A DNA stretch of 62,641 bases, filler included, from Candidatus Desantisbacteria bacterium CG1_02_49_89 (lineage in GTDB: Bacteria > Desantisbacteria > UBA1551), in NCBI GenBank assembly GCA_001871075.1. It is 5 parts of 5 records of this genome, joined end to end, with 100 filler letters (N's around TTAATTAATTAA, not from the genome) between each part and the next. Parts side by side here need not be neighbours in the genome. Positions count along the whole stretch, not along the records: positions 7,692 to 14,687 come from MNUP01000013.1; positions 14,788 to 25,053 come from MNUP01000100.1; 3 more parts are not named here. One strand, 5' to 3'. Below, piece by piece: positions 10,443 to 19,682 of the stretch; positions within the stretch are counted from its first letter, which is position 1; each line of letters starts with the position of its first letter. The translations under genes and the position numbers were made by a program. A model generated the notes under the pieces. The model saw nothing but the letters and a program-made list of their open reading frames with translations. It was not told where the DNA came from and searched no databases.

Positions 10443-10505
10443 TTTAAGGTCACAAATTGTGACCTTAGAAAAAAGGACGGAGTCTGTATTCAAAATATCT
10501 GCCTT
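10443..10505 (+). pseudogene. ORF6N-domain gene fragment
   Basis: LRSQIVTLEK / GRSLYSKYLP resembles the ORF6N core also seen at 36477 (LKCHFGTSS..GIRYLP). Confidence 0.5.
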
Positions 10506-10824
10506 GGCAAATGCCAAAATATAACAGATATTGTTATAAAATGACAAGAAAATAAATAAAGTGGACAGGTTCATTTATTTGCCAAAAAATAAAAAAGGTG
10601 TCAGGCATGCCCGCATGAATACCGTCAAGCGTCGAACGTCCCGCCTGCGCAGAAACCTTGACAGCCTTATCTCCCTGCTATTCGCAGGAAGGTAGCAAGT
10701 GCTACGGCGGGCAAGCTGAACGTCGTAAGTCGAACGTTGTCCGCCCGTCTTTTCAGCGGGCGAGATCTTGCCATGAATTCCGGGGACACAATACTTAATT
10801 GTTCAAAAAAGTGTGGCTGGTAAT

Positions 10825-11940
10825 ATGATAATGAAAAAATTTGTTTTCCTGGGTGTTAGCCTGGTTTTTTTGTTTGTTTCCGGCTGCGTAAATAAATCTA
10901 ACCCCAATAAAACTTCTGTATATGACCCATATTTCATCAAAATAATAACCAAAGTAAAAGAGAAAGGCGGATCACGGGAATTTATTGATTCACTTGATAA
11001 AGTAATTCAATATCATAAAAAAGATAATGACGCCCAAACACTTTTTTACCTTAACCGGGCCATTGAGGCCAATCCCGATCATGCCGAACTTTTTGTTATG
11101 CTTGCTCATTTCAGTAGTTCAATTCAGTATGATAAAGTTATCCAGGATTTTACTGATGCCTTACAGAAAGATCCCCAAAATGCAGAGATCTATTTTAACC
11201 GCGGTCTTACCTATTTTTATAAAGGCTTTTACGATGAAGCTATTCACGATTTTAGTAAAGGCCTAGAATTAAATCCTAAAGACCCTAAATTTTATTATTC
11301 CCGCGGTTTTGTTTATGCGAAAAAAGGATTATACAATAAGGCAATTAAGGAATGCGATCAGGCACTTAAATTAAACCCTTCGTATGCTGAAAGTTTTATT
11401 TCCCGCGGGCTTATTTATTCCGGGAAGAATTCATTTGATCTGGCTATTAAGGACTATACCCAGGCCTTGAAGCTAAATTCTAACTCAGTAAGGGTCTATT
11501 ATCTCAGAGGCTTTGCTTATGAAAGAAAAGGATTACAAGATAAGGCTATAGAGAATTATTCGCAAGGGCTGAAATTAAATCCGGGATTTAGCAATAACTA
11601 CGTAATTCGCGCTTCTGCTTACAGACATAAAGGATTATATGATAAAGCCATTGAAGACTACAATCAAGCAATAAAATTGGACCCAGAAATCACTGAATAC
11701 TATTTATGCCGCGCCATTATTTATATGAAGAAGAAATTGTATGATAAAGCGATCAAAGATTGTAACCGATTACTAAAGCTGGATTCCCGCTCAGCTCAGG
11801 CCTATTATTTGCGCGGTGAAATTTACAGAGAGATGGGAAATCTTAAGTCCACAAAAAAGGATTGGAAAAAGGTAATTGAGTTGGATCCAAACGGATCTGC
11901 CGGAAAAGGCGCCAAAGAAAAGTTAGAACAATTGAAGTAG
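10825..11940 (+). CDS. TPR-repeat lipoprotein
   Basis: Lipobox FVSGC; about eight 34-aa YFNRG..AI.D...A..LNP repeats. Confidence 0.9.
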   Translation: MIMKKFVFLGVSLVFLFVSGCVNKSNPNKTSVYDPYFIKIITKVKEKGGSREFIDSLDKVIQYHKKDNDAQTLFYLNRAIEANPDHAELFVMLAHFSSSIQYDKVIQDFTDALQKDPQNAEIYFNRGLTYFYKGFYDEAIHDFSKGLELNPKDPKFYYSRGFVYAKKGLYNKAIKECDQALKLNPSYAESFISRGLIYSGKNSFDLAIKDYTQALKLNSNSVRVYYLRGFAYERKGLQDKAIENYSQGLKLNPGFSNNYVIRASAYRHKGLYDKAIEDYNQAIKLDPEITEYYLCRAIIYMKKKLYDKAIKDCNRLLKLDSRSAQAYYLRGEIYREMGNLKSTKKDWKKVIELDPNGSAGKGAKEKLEQLK

Positions 11941-12117
11941 AAAAAAAAGGTATCAGGCATGCCCGCAGACTGTGTTTTGATTCAGAAAGGGCGAAGGCGG
12001 TTCTTCTCTGAAAATGCCTGAATACCGTCGAACGTCCTCCTACGCTAAAGCTTCGAAGGACAGGTCATACGTCGTGAGTCGAACGTTAAGCTTGTAATAA
12101 ATAAAGGAGATGGAAAG

Positions 12118-12843
12118 ATGAAAAAGGATAGATTAATATATATCGGGTGCGCGTGCATACTCCTGGCACCTGCGCTGTGCCGGGCAAACGTATCGATAAT
12201 ATCTTCCTCTTTCCTGGTAAGTTTCACGCTTGTGTCGGCTTTCAGGACAATGGGGAAATCGTATGCAGCCGTAGTTTTAATAGAAGCGCTTGTGCTGAAA
12301 CGGATCACGCCGGTCAAAATTCTTCCGGCGATCGGCATATCCGCCCTTTTAAATCTTATATCAACAGCGGTAGGGATCCTATACTTTTTAAGTTACAGCT
12401 CTAGTTTTTTACTTTTTATAGCCGCATTCATCTGCGCAGGATTGTTTCGTAATATGTGCGTCAAAGTATTGGGAATAGACGATAAGATGGAGCGGAAGAA
12501 AAGAAAAGTGATAGACATATTTCTTTATCTCTTTTTTTTCGGGCTGGCGATCCTTTCTGTTTTTCTGGGCGTGCTCGTAATGCCCGGACACAATTTATTC
12601 AGAACTCCCGCAGCTTATACCTCTCATGCCGAGTTTGTTACCGCGATCATCGCGGCAGTCCTGCTGTATCTGACCGGGTTTATCCTAACGGTAGTCATAG
12701 AGGGTTACTTCCTGAAGCGCATATTCCTGAAATACGCGGACAAGCCGCTTAAAACCGCGGTCCTTATGAATGTTCCGTCCTATATCGTGCTTTTCCTTAC
12801 CTCAATTTTTTATCTCTATAAGATGATCCCAGGTTCTTTTTAA
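12118..12843 (+). CDS. Multi-pass membrane protein, unknown function
   Basis: AAGGAG RBS; several hydrophobic segments. Confidence 0.75.
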   Translation: MKKDRLIYIGCACILLAPALCRANVSIISSSFLVSFTLVSAFRTMGKSYAAVVLIEALVLKRITPVKILPAIGISALLNLISTAVGILYFLSYSSSFLLFIAAFICAGLFRNMCVKVLGIDDKMERKKRKVIDIFLYLFFFGLAILSVFLGVLVMPGHNLFRTPAAYTSHAEFVTAIIAAVLLYLTGFILTVVIEGYFLKRIFLKYADKPLKTAVLMNVPSYIVLFLTSIFYLYKMIPGSF

Positions 12844-12953
12844 GAAAAGCTTGGGTGTCAGGTCTTCTCTGAAAATGTCAATTTAAAGCAGATAGCAGGT
12901 GATTTAGAAATTGATGGGGTAGATCAATTTTGGCTGACAAAATCATTTTTTCC

Positions 12954-12982
12954 TTGACATTATAACAAAATTGTTATATAAT
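12954..12982 (+). promoter_or_regulatory. Promoter with overlapping palindromic operator of the TA pair
   Basis: TTGACA-17-TATAAT; TATAACA-N4-TGTTATA at 12961-12978. Confidence 0.8.
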
Positions 12983-13004
12983 ATATAGCAGAAGATGAAG
13001 GCAA

Positions 13005-13367
13005 ATGTATACGATAAAGTATTACAGGACTGCTAACGGCAAAGAATTGGCAAGCGAGTGCCTGAACGGCTTGAATTTAAAAGCAAGAGCGGCCTTCAGA
13101 AAAAGACAGGGGCTCCTTGAGAAAGGCCTGCTGCCTTTCAAGTGGCCGTACGTAGGTTATCTTCGGGATAAAATATATGAATTCAGGGTAGAGATAGAAA
13201 GAAATACTTACAGGATACTATTTTTCTTTGTTTTTAAGAATTACATGCTATTTACGCATGCTTTTATGAAAAAAACCGATAAGGTCCCGGATAACGAGAT
13301 TGAACGGGCTTTAAGATATAAAGCTGATTTTGAAAATAGATACAAAAAAGGAGAGTATGAGCTATGA
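13005..13367 (+). CDS. RelE/HigB-family (Gp49-like) toxin
   Basis: IYEFRV..YRILFF..HAFMKKTDKVP..EIERA motif; toxin-first order. Confidence 0.88.
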   Translation: MYTIKYYRTANGKELASECLNGLNLKARAAFRKRQGLLEKGLLPFKWPYVGYLRDKIYEFRVEIERNTYRILFFFVFKNYMLFTHAFMKKTDKVPDNEIERALRYKADFENRYKKGEYEL

Positions 13368-13660
13368 AGAAAATTAAACTGACTGGTTTTAAGGAATGGG
13401 AAAAAGAACAAATGAAAGATCCGGAATTTGTCAAGGCTTGCGAAGAGCCCGACGACGATCCTTTCATCGAGACGACCTGGCAGCTGCTGAAATTAAGAGA
13501 AAAAACTGGCCTCACACAGAAGGAATTCGCAAAGAGAATGCATGTTTCTCAGGAAGCTATTGCAAGATTGGAGTCTCCCCGTTACCGAGGGTATTCCCTG
13601 CAGACTTTGCATAAAATCGCGCATACCTTTGATAAAAAACTGCAAATTAGATTTATATAA
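13364..13660 (+). CDS. HigA-like XRE HTH antitoxin
   Basis: LREKTGLTQKEFAKRMHVSQEAIARLE; ATGA overlap with toxin. Confidence 0.88.
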   Translation: MKKIKLTGFKEWEKEQMKDPEFVKACEEPDDDPFIETTWQLLKLREKTGLTQKEFAKRMHVSQEAIARLESPRYRGYSLQTLHKIAHTFDKKLQIRFI

Positions 13661-13781
13661 CCATGCAAATGCAGATTGCTGAAAATTGGGGATAGGGTAC
13701 TTTTCAGAAGTCTGAAAACCCGTTCCACCTCGTAGGTGGTATGGGTACAGATTCAGGGCTGGGAGAGTCAGGGAGAATAAT

Positions 13782-14597
13782 ATGAAAAGAATAATATCGT
13801 ATAGCATCCTGATATCGGGATTGGCATTTACGAGTCTCTCCTATGCTTTCTTTGTCGGCTTCGGCGCATCAGGCGGGGCGGAGCAGGTGATAATAAAGGG
13901 CCAGGATGCGGGGGTGATTCCGAAGATCTCAGGTGAAAGTCTGCCACCCGGCGGCCCTAAACAGCTTACAAATGCAGAAACTGTGTGGCAGAAAATATAT
14001 GATAGCGGAAATGATGATTGTGGCTACGGCATTGCAGTCGATGATACTGGTAATGTTTACGTAGCAGGAAGTTCATATGTTGGCTCAACTGCTGATTTTC
14101 TGACAATAAAATATGATTCAAATGGAAATTCTGTTTGGCAGAGAAGATATGATGGTGGATGGAGAAGAACCATAATTTTTACATCTAATTCCTATGCAAT
14201 GGAAACAGAAACTACTGCTGCGGTAGTGGATTTAGAAGCAGGCGAGGGGATATCAAAAGGAACGGTGATGGCTCTCTCTGACTATCTCCGTGCCCAATTA
14301 TTTAATTCTCAAAGATTCACTCTTGTGACGAGAGAGAATATGGAACAGATTTTGGAGGAACAGCAATTTCAACTATCTGGATGCACAAGCCAAGAATGTA
14401 TCATCCAAGTAGGTAAATTATTGAACGTGTGTAAAATGTTCGCCGGTTCTGTGGGAAAGGTTGGTGCCACCTATGTCATTGCATTAAAAATTATTGATGT
14501 TGAGTCTGGAAGGGTTGAGAAAATAGAAACCGAGGAATGTCCCAGGTGCGAAGAGGATTCGTTGCTTATTTCTATTAAAAACATTGCTAATACCTGA
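13782..14597 (+). CDS. Chimeric secreted protein: conserved leader, SBBP repeat fragment, CsgG/FlgO-like domain
   Basis: Signal peptide; KYDSNGNSVW repeat; TRENMEQILEEQQFQLSGCTSQECIIQVGKLL motif. Confidence 0.7.
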   Translation: MKRIISYSILISGLAFTSLSYAFFVGFGASGGAEQVIIKGQDAGVIPKISGESLPPGGPKQLTNAETVWQKIYDSGNDDCGYGIAVDDTGNVYVAGSSYVGSTADFLTIKYDSNGNSVWQRRYDGGWRRTIIFTSNSYAMETETTAAVVDLEAGEGISKGTVMALSDYLRAQLFNSQRFTLVTRENMEQILEEQQFQLSGCTSQECIIQVGKLLNVCKMFAGSVGKVGATYVIALKIIDVESGRVEKIETEECPRCEEDSLLISIKNIANT

Positions 14598-14687
14598 AAA
14601 ACGGATAAAAAGCCTTCTTTTTAACTCTCGTCGTCAGGACTATCATGTAACTCATTTGCAAATTGAATAAAATTTAACACAACAATA

Positions 14688-14787
14688 NNNNNNNNNNNNN
14701 NNNNNNNNNNNNNNNNNNNNNNNNNNNNNNNTTAATTAATTAANNNNNNNNNNNNNNNNNNNNNNNNNNNNNNNNNNNNNNNNNNNN
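14688..14787. other. Artificial contig linker
   Basis: N/TTAATTAATTAA/N. Confidence 0.98.
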
Positions 14788-15428
14788 ACGCCTATTTCCC
14801 GCGCCAACTTCAGGTATTCCGGGACCTCGTTCTCGTTGTGTTTCATTACTATGAACCCCATGAGTATCTTCGGGCCGGCGGTCCTTCTTTCCTTTTTTAG
14901 CGCCACAAGCTTTCTCAGGTTCGTCAGGCACTTCTCAAGATTGGCCCCGACACGGTAGACGCAGTGGGTTTCCTGCGTGATGCCCCCTATCTGGAAGCTG
15001 ATCTCGTTCAGCCCCGTGCCTATCAGCTTGTCCGGGTCCACGAATTCGCCGTTCGTGCATACCGACGTGTATATGCCGTATTTTCCCGCCATCCGGATCA
15101 TTTCATACGTATCCTTGTTCAGGAACGGCTCTCCCATGAAATAGAGAAGGATTGAATTCAGGTGTCTACCGATTTTTTCAAGTATTATCCTGAATTCCTC
15201 CAGGGTCATGTCTTTTTTTGGGCGTCCCAGAATACCTGTTCCTGTTTCGCATACCGGGCACCTGAGGTTGCATCTGTTGGTCGGCTCTATGGTTACAGCG
15301 ACAGGCATTCCCAGGACACCGGAGCTTTTCGCGAGGTAGGAAACCGTGTCCAGTATGAAATCAAGGCTGCCTTTCGGGCGCTTTATGATAAGTTCGTAGC
15401 ATCTGCGGAAAAAACCCGGTATCGTCAT
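14788..15428 (-). CDS. Radical SAM protein (probably SPASM-type), 3'-truncated
   Basis: IEPTNRCNLRCPVC, GEPFL, TNG motifs; ATG at 15428 overlaps the upstream TGA. Confidence 0.85.
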
Positions 15429-16513
15429 TTTTTCCTTCCCGAAACGAAATAACCGCTGTATTCCCAGCCTTTTGGCTGGATGCATCTGATATTTTTTATC
15501 CCGTTACCCTCGAACCAGGAAATAACTTCTTCTTTTGAATGGTGGGTCGCGTATTTCGGGTGGTACCAGTCCACGTTCGTCAGCACCGAGAAATCGTATC
15601 CGGCCGCGGCGCTGTAAAAGCATTTGAGGAAATGGTCGTATATGAATTTCTGCAGCCCGTACCTGCCCTTCTTTATGCCCAGGAGAGGTATGTCTTCCGT
15701 GACAACAAGGGGCTCTTTTATTTTCTGCAGGGCTTTGCCCAGCTTTGTGATCTTCTCGGAGAACCCGAGGCAGTCCTCAAACCTCATCTCGGTGGTTTTT
15801 CCGCGCACGTGCCTGTCAGCCAGCTCCCTGACGAAAGGCTTCAGGCAGTATATGTAGATCCCCATGGTCCCTCCGGGCTTTAGCAGCCTGCACAGCGCGT
15901 TGAAGGACCTCCGCGCGTTCCCGGTATGGTGGAGCACGCCGTTGGAGAATATTATGTCGAAAAATCCGTTCCTGAAAGGCAGGCTGAAAAGGTCCGCCTG
16001 CGCCACGCACACATTCGCGATATCTTTTGTTTTTTCATAAGCGACTTCCACTGCCAGCGAAAGGTCGACCGCGAACCGGCTTGTTTTCCTGTTTATGTTG
16101 AACAGGTATTCGCTCCACGCCACTCCGCAGCCCGCGTTCAGGCAGTTGGCTCCGTCCCTGAAAACGCCCCTGAGCCGGCTGAGGCTTTCGGCCGCGAACA
16201 TCGCCAGGAACTGCTCTTCAAGCACTTTCTTTTCAGCCCATGTCCTGCCAAGCACCCTGGCAGACCCCAGCCTCCACTTGTCCCCGAAGCTCATGCCTGT
16301 CTGCATTTTCTTGCTTTTCGTACTGCGCGTCTCGGTCCATAATTTCCCGGGAACGAATCTCGGAATTCCCCTTACAACGGGGTACCCGCGTCTTCCGCCT
16401 TCGGCTGACAGCATCCCTGAGACTATATTGCCTTTTATGGGAGCACCCTTGCGCAGCAGCAGCGGTCTTTTGCTCTCCGGGTCCACAAAGCTTTCCAGCC
16501 ATTTCTCACGCAT
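15425..16513 (-). CDS. Class I SAM-dependent methyltransferase with Trm112-like N-terminus
   Basis: YPVVRGIPRFV; LNAGCGVA; FDIIFSNGVLHHT..LKPGG. Confidence 0.88.
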   Translation of the reverse strand: MREKWLESFVDPESKRPLLLRKGAPIKGNIVSGMLSAEGGRRGYPVVRGIPRFVPGKLWTETRSTKSKKMQTGMSFGDKWRLGSARVLGRTWAEKKVLEEQFLAMFAAESLSRLRGVFRDGANCLNAGCGVAWSEYLFNINRKTSRFAVDLSLAVEVAYEKTKDIANVCVAQADLFSLPFRNGFFDIIFSNGVLHHTGNARRSFNALCRLLKPGGTMGIYIYCLKPFVRELADRHVRGKTTEMRFEDCLGFSEKITKLGKALQKIKEPLVVTEDIPLLGIKKGRYGLQKFIYDHFLKCFYSAAAGYDFSVLTNVDWYHPKYATHHSKEEVISWFEGNGIKNIRCIQPKGWEYSGYFVSGRKK

Positions 16514-16664
16514 TATTTCCTCTTTTTATAAATAATGATTACGGTGATTTCTAACTAATGATTACGGTGATTTACAACTTCTAACTTTTATCCCCGCAGT
16601 CCCGATTGCCTATCGGGACTAGACGCTGGGATCCCTTTGGGACATTTTACAATTTCCCGCCCAA

Positions 16665-17273
16665 TCAGTCAGATTGGGCGAGGTCTCGCCCGCTGGAAAG
16701 ACGGGCGGAGACTTTTGACTTGTTTTTATATATAAACTCTATCTTCCCGGTCTTTTTGTTTATATTCACCCTGCCTATTACCCTGGCAGGCGTTCCCGCG
16801 GCTATGCTGAGATCGGGAATATCCCTGTTGACAAAACTCTTTGCCCCGATAACGCAGCGGCTCCCTATCTTAACTCCCTTTCCCACGACCGCCATCGAAC
16901 CGATATGGCAGCAGTCCCCGATCTGTGTTTTCGCCCTGTCGTATCCTGCCTTGCCGCCTGAAAGAGCCCACTTAACTGAATCATGCGAATATATCTGCAC
17001 TCCGGCGGATATGCTGCAGAAAGACCCTATCTTAAGCCCGCCTGAACCGTCCAGCACGGTGAAAGGACCTATCCACGTGTTCCTGCCGACCTTCACGTCG
17101 CCCAGCACTATGGAGCTGTCGTAGATGCCGGTTCCCCTGCCGAACTTCAGGAACCTGGCCCTTTCCCAGCGGTCGAACAGCTCTTCCGAGAAAGGAAGGC
17201 TGCGGTCCCACTTTTTCTTAAAGACTTTTCTCAGCGACTTATGCAGTTCGATCAGCTGGCTGCGGATCTTCAC
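16665..17273 (-). CDS. Hexapeptide-repeat (LbH) acyltransferase
   Basis: IG-repeat beta-helix, [11 protein letters not shown]-terminus runs into a family A repeat. Confidence 0.88.
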   Translation of the reverse strand: MKIRSQLIELHKSLRKVFKKKWDRSLPFSEELFDRWERARFLKFGRGTGIYDSSIVLGDVKVGRNTWIGPFTVLDGSGGLKIGSFCSISAGVQIYSHDSVKWALSGGKAGYDRAKTQIGDCCHIGSMAVVGKGVKIGSRCVIGAKSFVNRDIPDLSIAAGTPARVIGRVNINKKTGKIEFIYKNKSKVSARLSSGRDLAQSD

Positions 17274-17289
17274 TTAACCTCCTTTAACA

Positions 17290-17665
17290 CTTTAACCACC
17301 CTCCTGCGCCTTTTGCGGGTTCTCCTGAAAGCTCGACCAGCTCCCGCCTACGCAGATACCCAACAAACCTAATATTTTTCTATTCGAAAAAGGTTTGTTG
17401 GTGCTACGGCGGACAAGTCGGCGGGCAGGCGAATTTCCACTAATTGTTTGCTTCGCAACATTCTTTGTGGGCTGCGTCGATAAACGACGAATTGCACGAA
17501 TTTTTTGAGAATTGGAATAGAATCTTTCGGAGTAGACCCTTTAGGGTCGTTCAATTACGGGGCTAAAGCCCCTACTCCTAAAAGACGCAAGCCTTCCTCC
17601 GAAAATATTGGCGGATCTTCGAAAAGGCTTGCCCTACGAAACTCTGACACGTTGACACGCATTAT
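17290..17665. repeat. Mosaic of nested hairpin elements and a GTAG-type REP doublet
   Basis: Family C nested pair 17300-17430, TTTGCTTCGCAAC element 17447-17493, GGAGTAGACCCTTTAGGGTC..GGGGCTAAAGCCCCTACTCC 17530-17578. Confidence 0.65.
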
Positions 17666-17666
17666 T

Positions 17667-19682
17667 CTAAAGGAACTTCCTAAGCCACCATTCAAAGGAA
17701 AGAAGCGACCATATGAAAAGGCGGTTGTTCTTTTTGCCCGAAGTATGCTCGTCTATCTTCCGCTTAATGAAAACAGGGTTTAAAAACTCGTAGATCCTCG
17801 CCTTTTTTTCCAGCAGGGTCTTCTTGACGTATTCAATGCTCTCTCCCCTGAACCAGGAAGCGTCAGGCGCGGAAAAACCCTGCTTTTCCCTTTCAAGTAT
17901 CTCCTGCGGGATAAGCTCCCTCATGGCTTTGCGTAAAATGACCTTTCCGTCATTGGTCTTCTGGTAGTATTTCTTCATTTTCCCCGGCTCGTTCTCGTCC
18001 ATCTTTACGCTCTTATCCAGGTTTTTTAATTTCATCCGCGGGGGTATTTTGCACGCGAAATCCACAAGGTCGTTATCCAGGAAAGGGACCCGCGTTTCAA
18101 GGGAATGCGCCATGCTTATCTTGTTCGTGATAACGAAAAGCCCGTGCAGGAATGTTTTTATCTCAAAATACATGGATTCATTTATGAAATCCTCGTTCGT
18201 TACGGGCTTTGCTGACCTTTTTTCGCTGAACACGCCGCGGAAAACATCAAAGGTGGAATGATCTTTAAGCCCGGAGAATGTGCCGCCCGCGAAAAAATCC
18301 TTTTTATCGGTATCCTGGACCAGCCTCTGCCAGTAGTCATAATATTTTCCCAGGAAACCGTTGTAGTCCGCGGGGTTCAGGACCCTGTAATAGCGCCAGG
18401 GATACCCGCCGAACAGTTCGTCCCCCCCGCCGCCTGAAAGCACCACCTTCACAAACTTGCCCGCGAGCCTTGACGCGTAATAATCCGGGTATGACTGGCC
18501 GACCCTCAGGTCCTCTATGTGCCAGATAAGCTGCGGAAGCACCGCCTCCATATCGCCGGCATGGATGACATTTTCGTAATGTTCGGTCTTGAAGTAGTTG
18601 GAGAGCATCTCCGCGTATTTCCTCTCGTCAAAACCCAGTTCCAGCCCTGACGCGGAAGAAAGATCGAACCCCGTGCAAAAAGTGTATATCCTTCCGAAGT
18701 GCTTTCCCGCGACCGCCGTAATGCTGCCGCTGTCCATCCCGCCGGAAAGGTAGCTTCCCACAGGCACGTCGCTTACAAGCTGCCTGGTCACCGCCTGCCT
18801 GAAAAGATAAAGCAGCTGCTCCGCGGCATCTTCCTCCGAGAGCCTGAAATCAGAATACGAAAAATCATAATCCCAGTATTTGACGGGCCTTGGCCCGCTG
18901 CCCGCCTTCTCTCTGCCGATCTCGATATAGGTTCCCGCCTGAAGGAGCTTTATGTCCCCGAATAGGGTCCTGTCTGAAAATATGTTCTGGAACGTAAAAT
19001 ATTCATTCAGGGCGAAGGGATCTATTTCAGCCCTGATGATCTTGCTTGCGAGTATGGATTTTATCTCGGAACCGAAAACAAAGCTGTTGCCCGCAAAGCA
19101 GTAATAAACCGGTATCACGCCGAACCTGTCTCTTGCCAGGAAGAACTTTTCGCGCTGGTTATCCCACAGCGCGAAAGCGAACATCCCGTTAAACCTTTTC
19201 ACGCATTCTATGCCCCACTCTTTATAGGCATAGATAATAACTTCCGCGTCGGAATCGGAAAAGAACCGGTAACCCAGGCCTTCAAGCTCCTTCCGCAGGT
19301 CCATGAAATTATAGATCTCACCGTTGTAAACGAGCCAGACGGTCCTGCCCTTGTCGGATATGGGTTCATGCGCCCTCTGAGTGAGGTCTATGACAGCAAG
19401 CCTGCGGTGGCCCATCGCGAGGAACCACGTACCGCCATCCCTGATCTCTGCCTGCGCGAAATCGCTTTCGATCGGCGCAAGGTTGGAATTTTTATCCTTG
19501 AACTCGTTGTCCGTAAGCTCAAGGCAGTAGTTCTGTTCTTTGCCTTTCTGCCTGAGGGACGAGAACAGCGCGTAGCCGGCGTCATCAGGGCCGCGGTGCC
19601 TGACCGCGTCGCACATGTCCTTTATGACATTCGGGTTGACCGGTTCTTTCCCAAGGTTAAGAAATCCTGTTATTCCGCACAT
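17667..19682 (-). CDS. asnB: Asparagine synthase (glutamine-hydrolysing)-family amidotransferase, polysaccharide-associated
   Basis: N-terminal MCGI, HRGPDD, NGEIYNF, LSGGMDS, RVPFLD, KQGF. Confidence 0.93.
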   Translation of the reverse strand: MCGITGFLNLGKEPVNPNVIKDMCDAVRHRGPDDAGYALFSSLRQKGKEQNYCLELTDNEFKDKNSNLAPIESDFAQAEIRDGGTWFLAMGHRRLAVIDLTQRAHEPISDKGRTVWLVYNGEIYNFMDLRKELEGLGYRFFSDSDAEVIIYAYKEWGIECVKRFNGMFAFALWDNQREKFFLARDRFGVIPVYYCFAGNSFVFGSEIKSILASKIIRAEIDPFALNEYFTFQNIFSDRTLFGDIKLLQAGTYIEIGREKAGSGPRPVKYWDYDFSYSDFRLSEEDAAEQLLYLFRQAVTRQLVSDVPVGSYLSGGMDSGSITAVAGKHFGRIYTFCTGFDLSSASGLELGFDERKYAEMLSNYFKTEHYENVIHAGDMEAVLPQLIWHIEDLRVGQSYPDYYASRLAGKFVKVVLSGGGGDELFGGYPWRYYRVLNPADYNGFLGKYYDYWQRLVQDTDKKDFFAGGTFSGLKDHSTFDVFRGVFSEKRSAKPVTNEDFINESMYFEIKTFLHGLFVITNKISMAHSLETRVPFLDNDLVDFACKIPPRMKLKNLDKSVKMDENEPGKMKKYYQKTNDGKVILRKAMRELIPQEILEREKQGFSAPDASWFRGESIEYVKKTLLEKKARIYEFLNPVFIKRKIDEHTSGKKNNRLFIWSLLSFEWWLRKFL

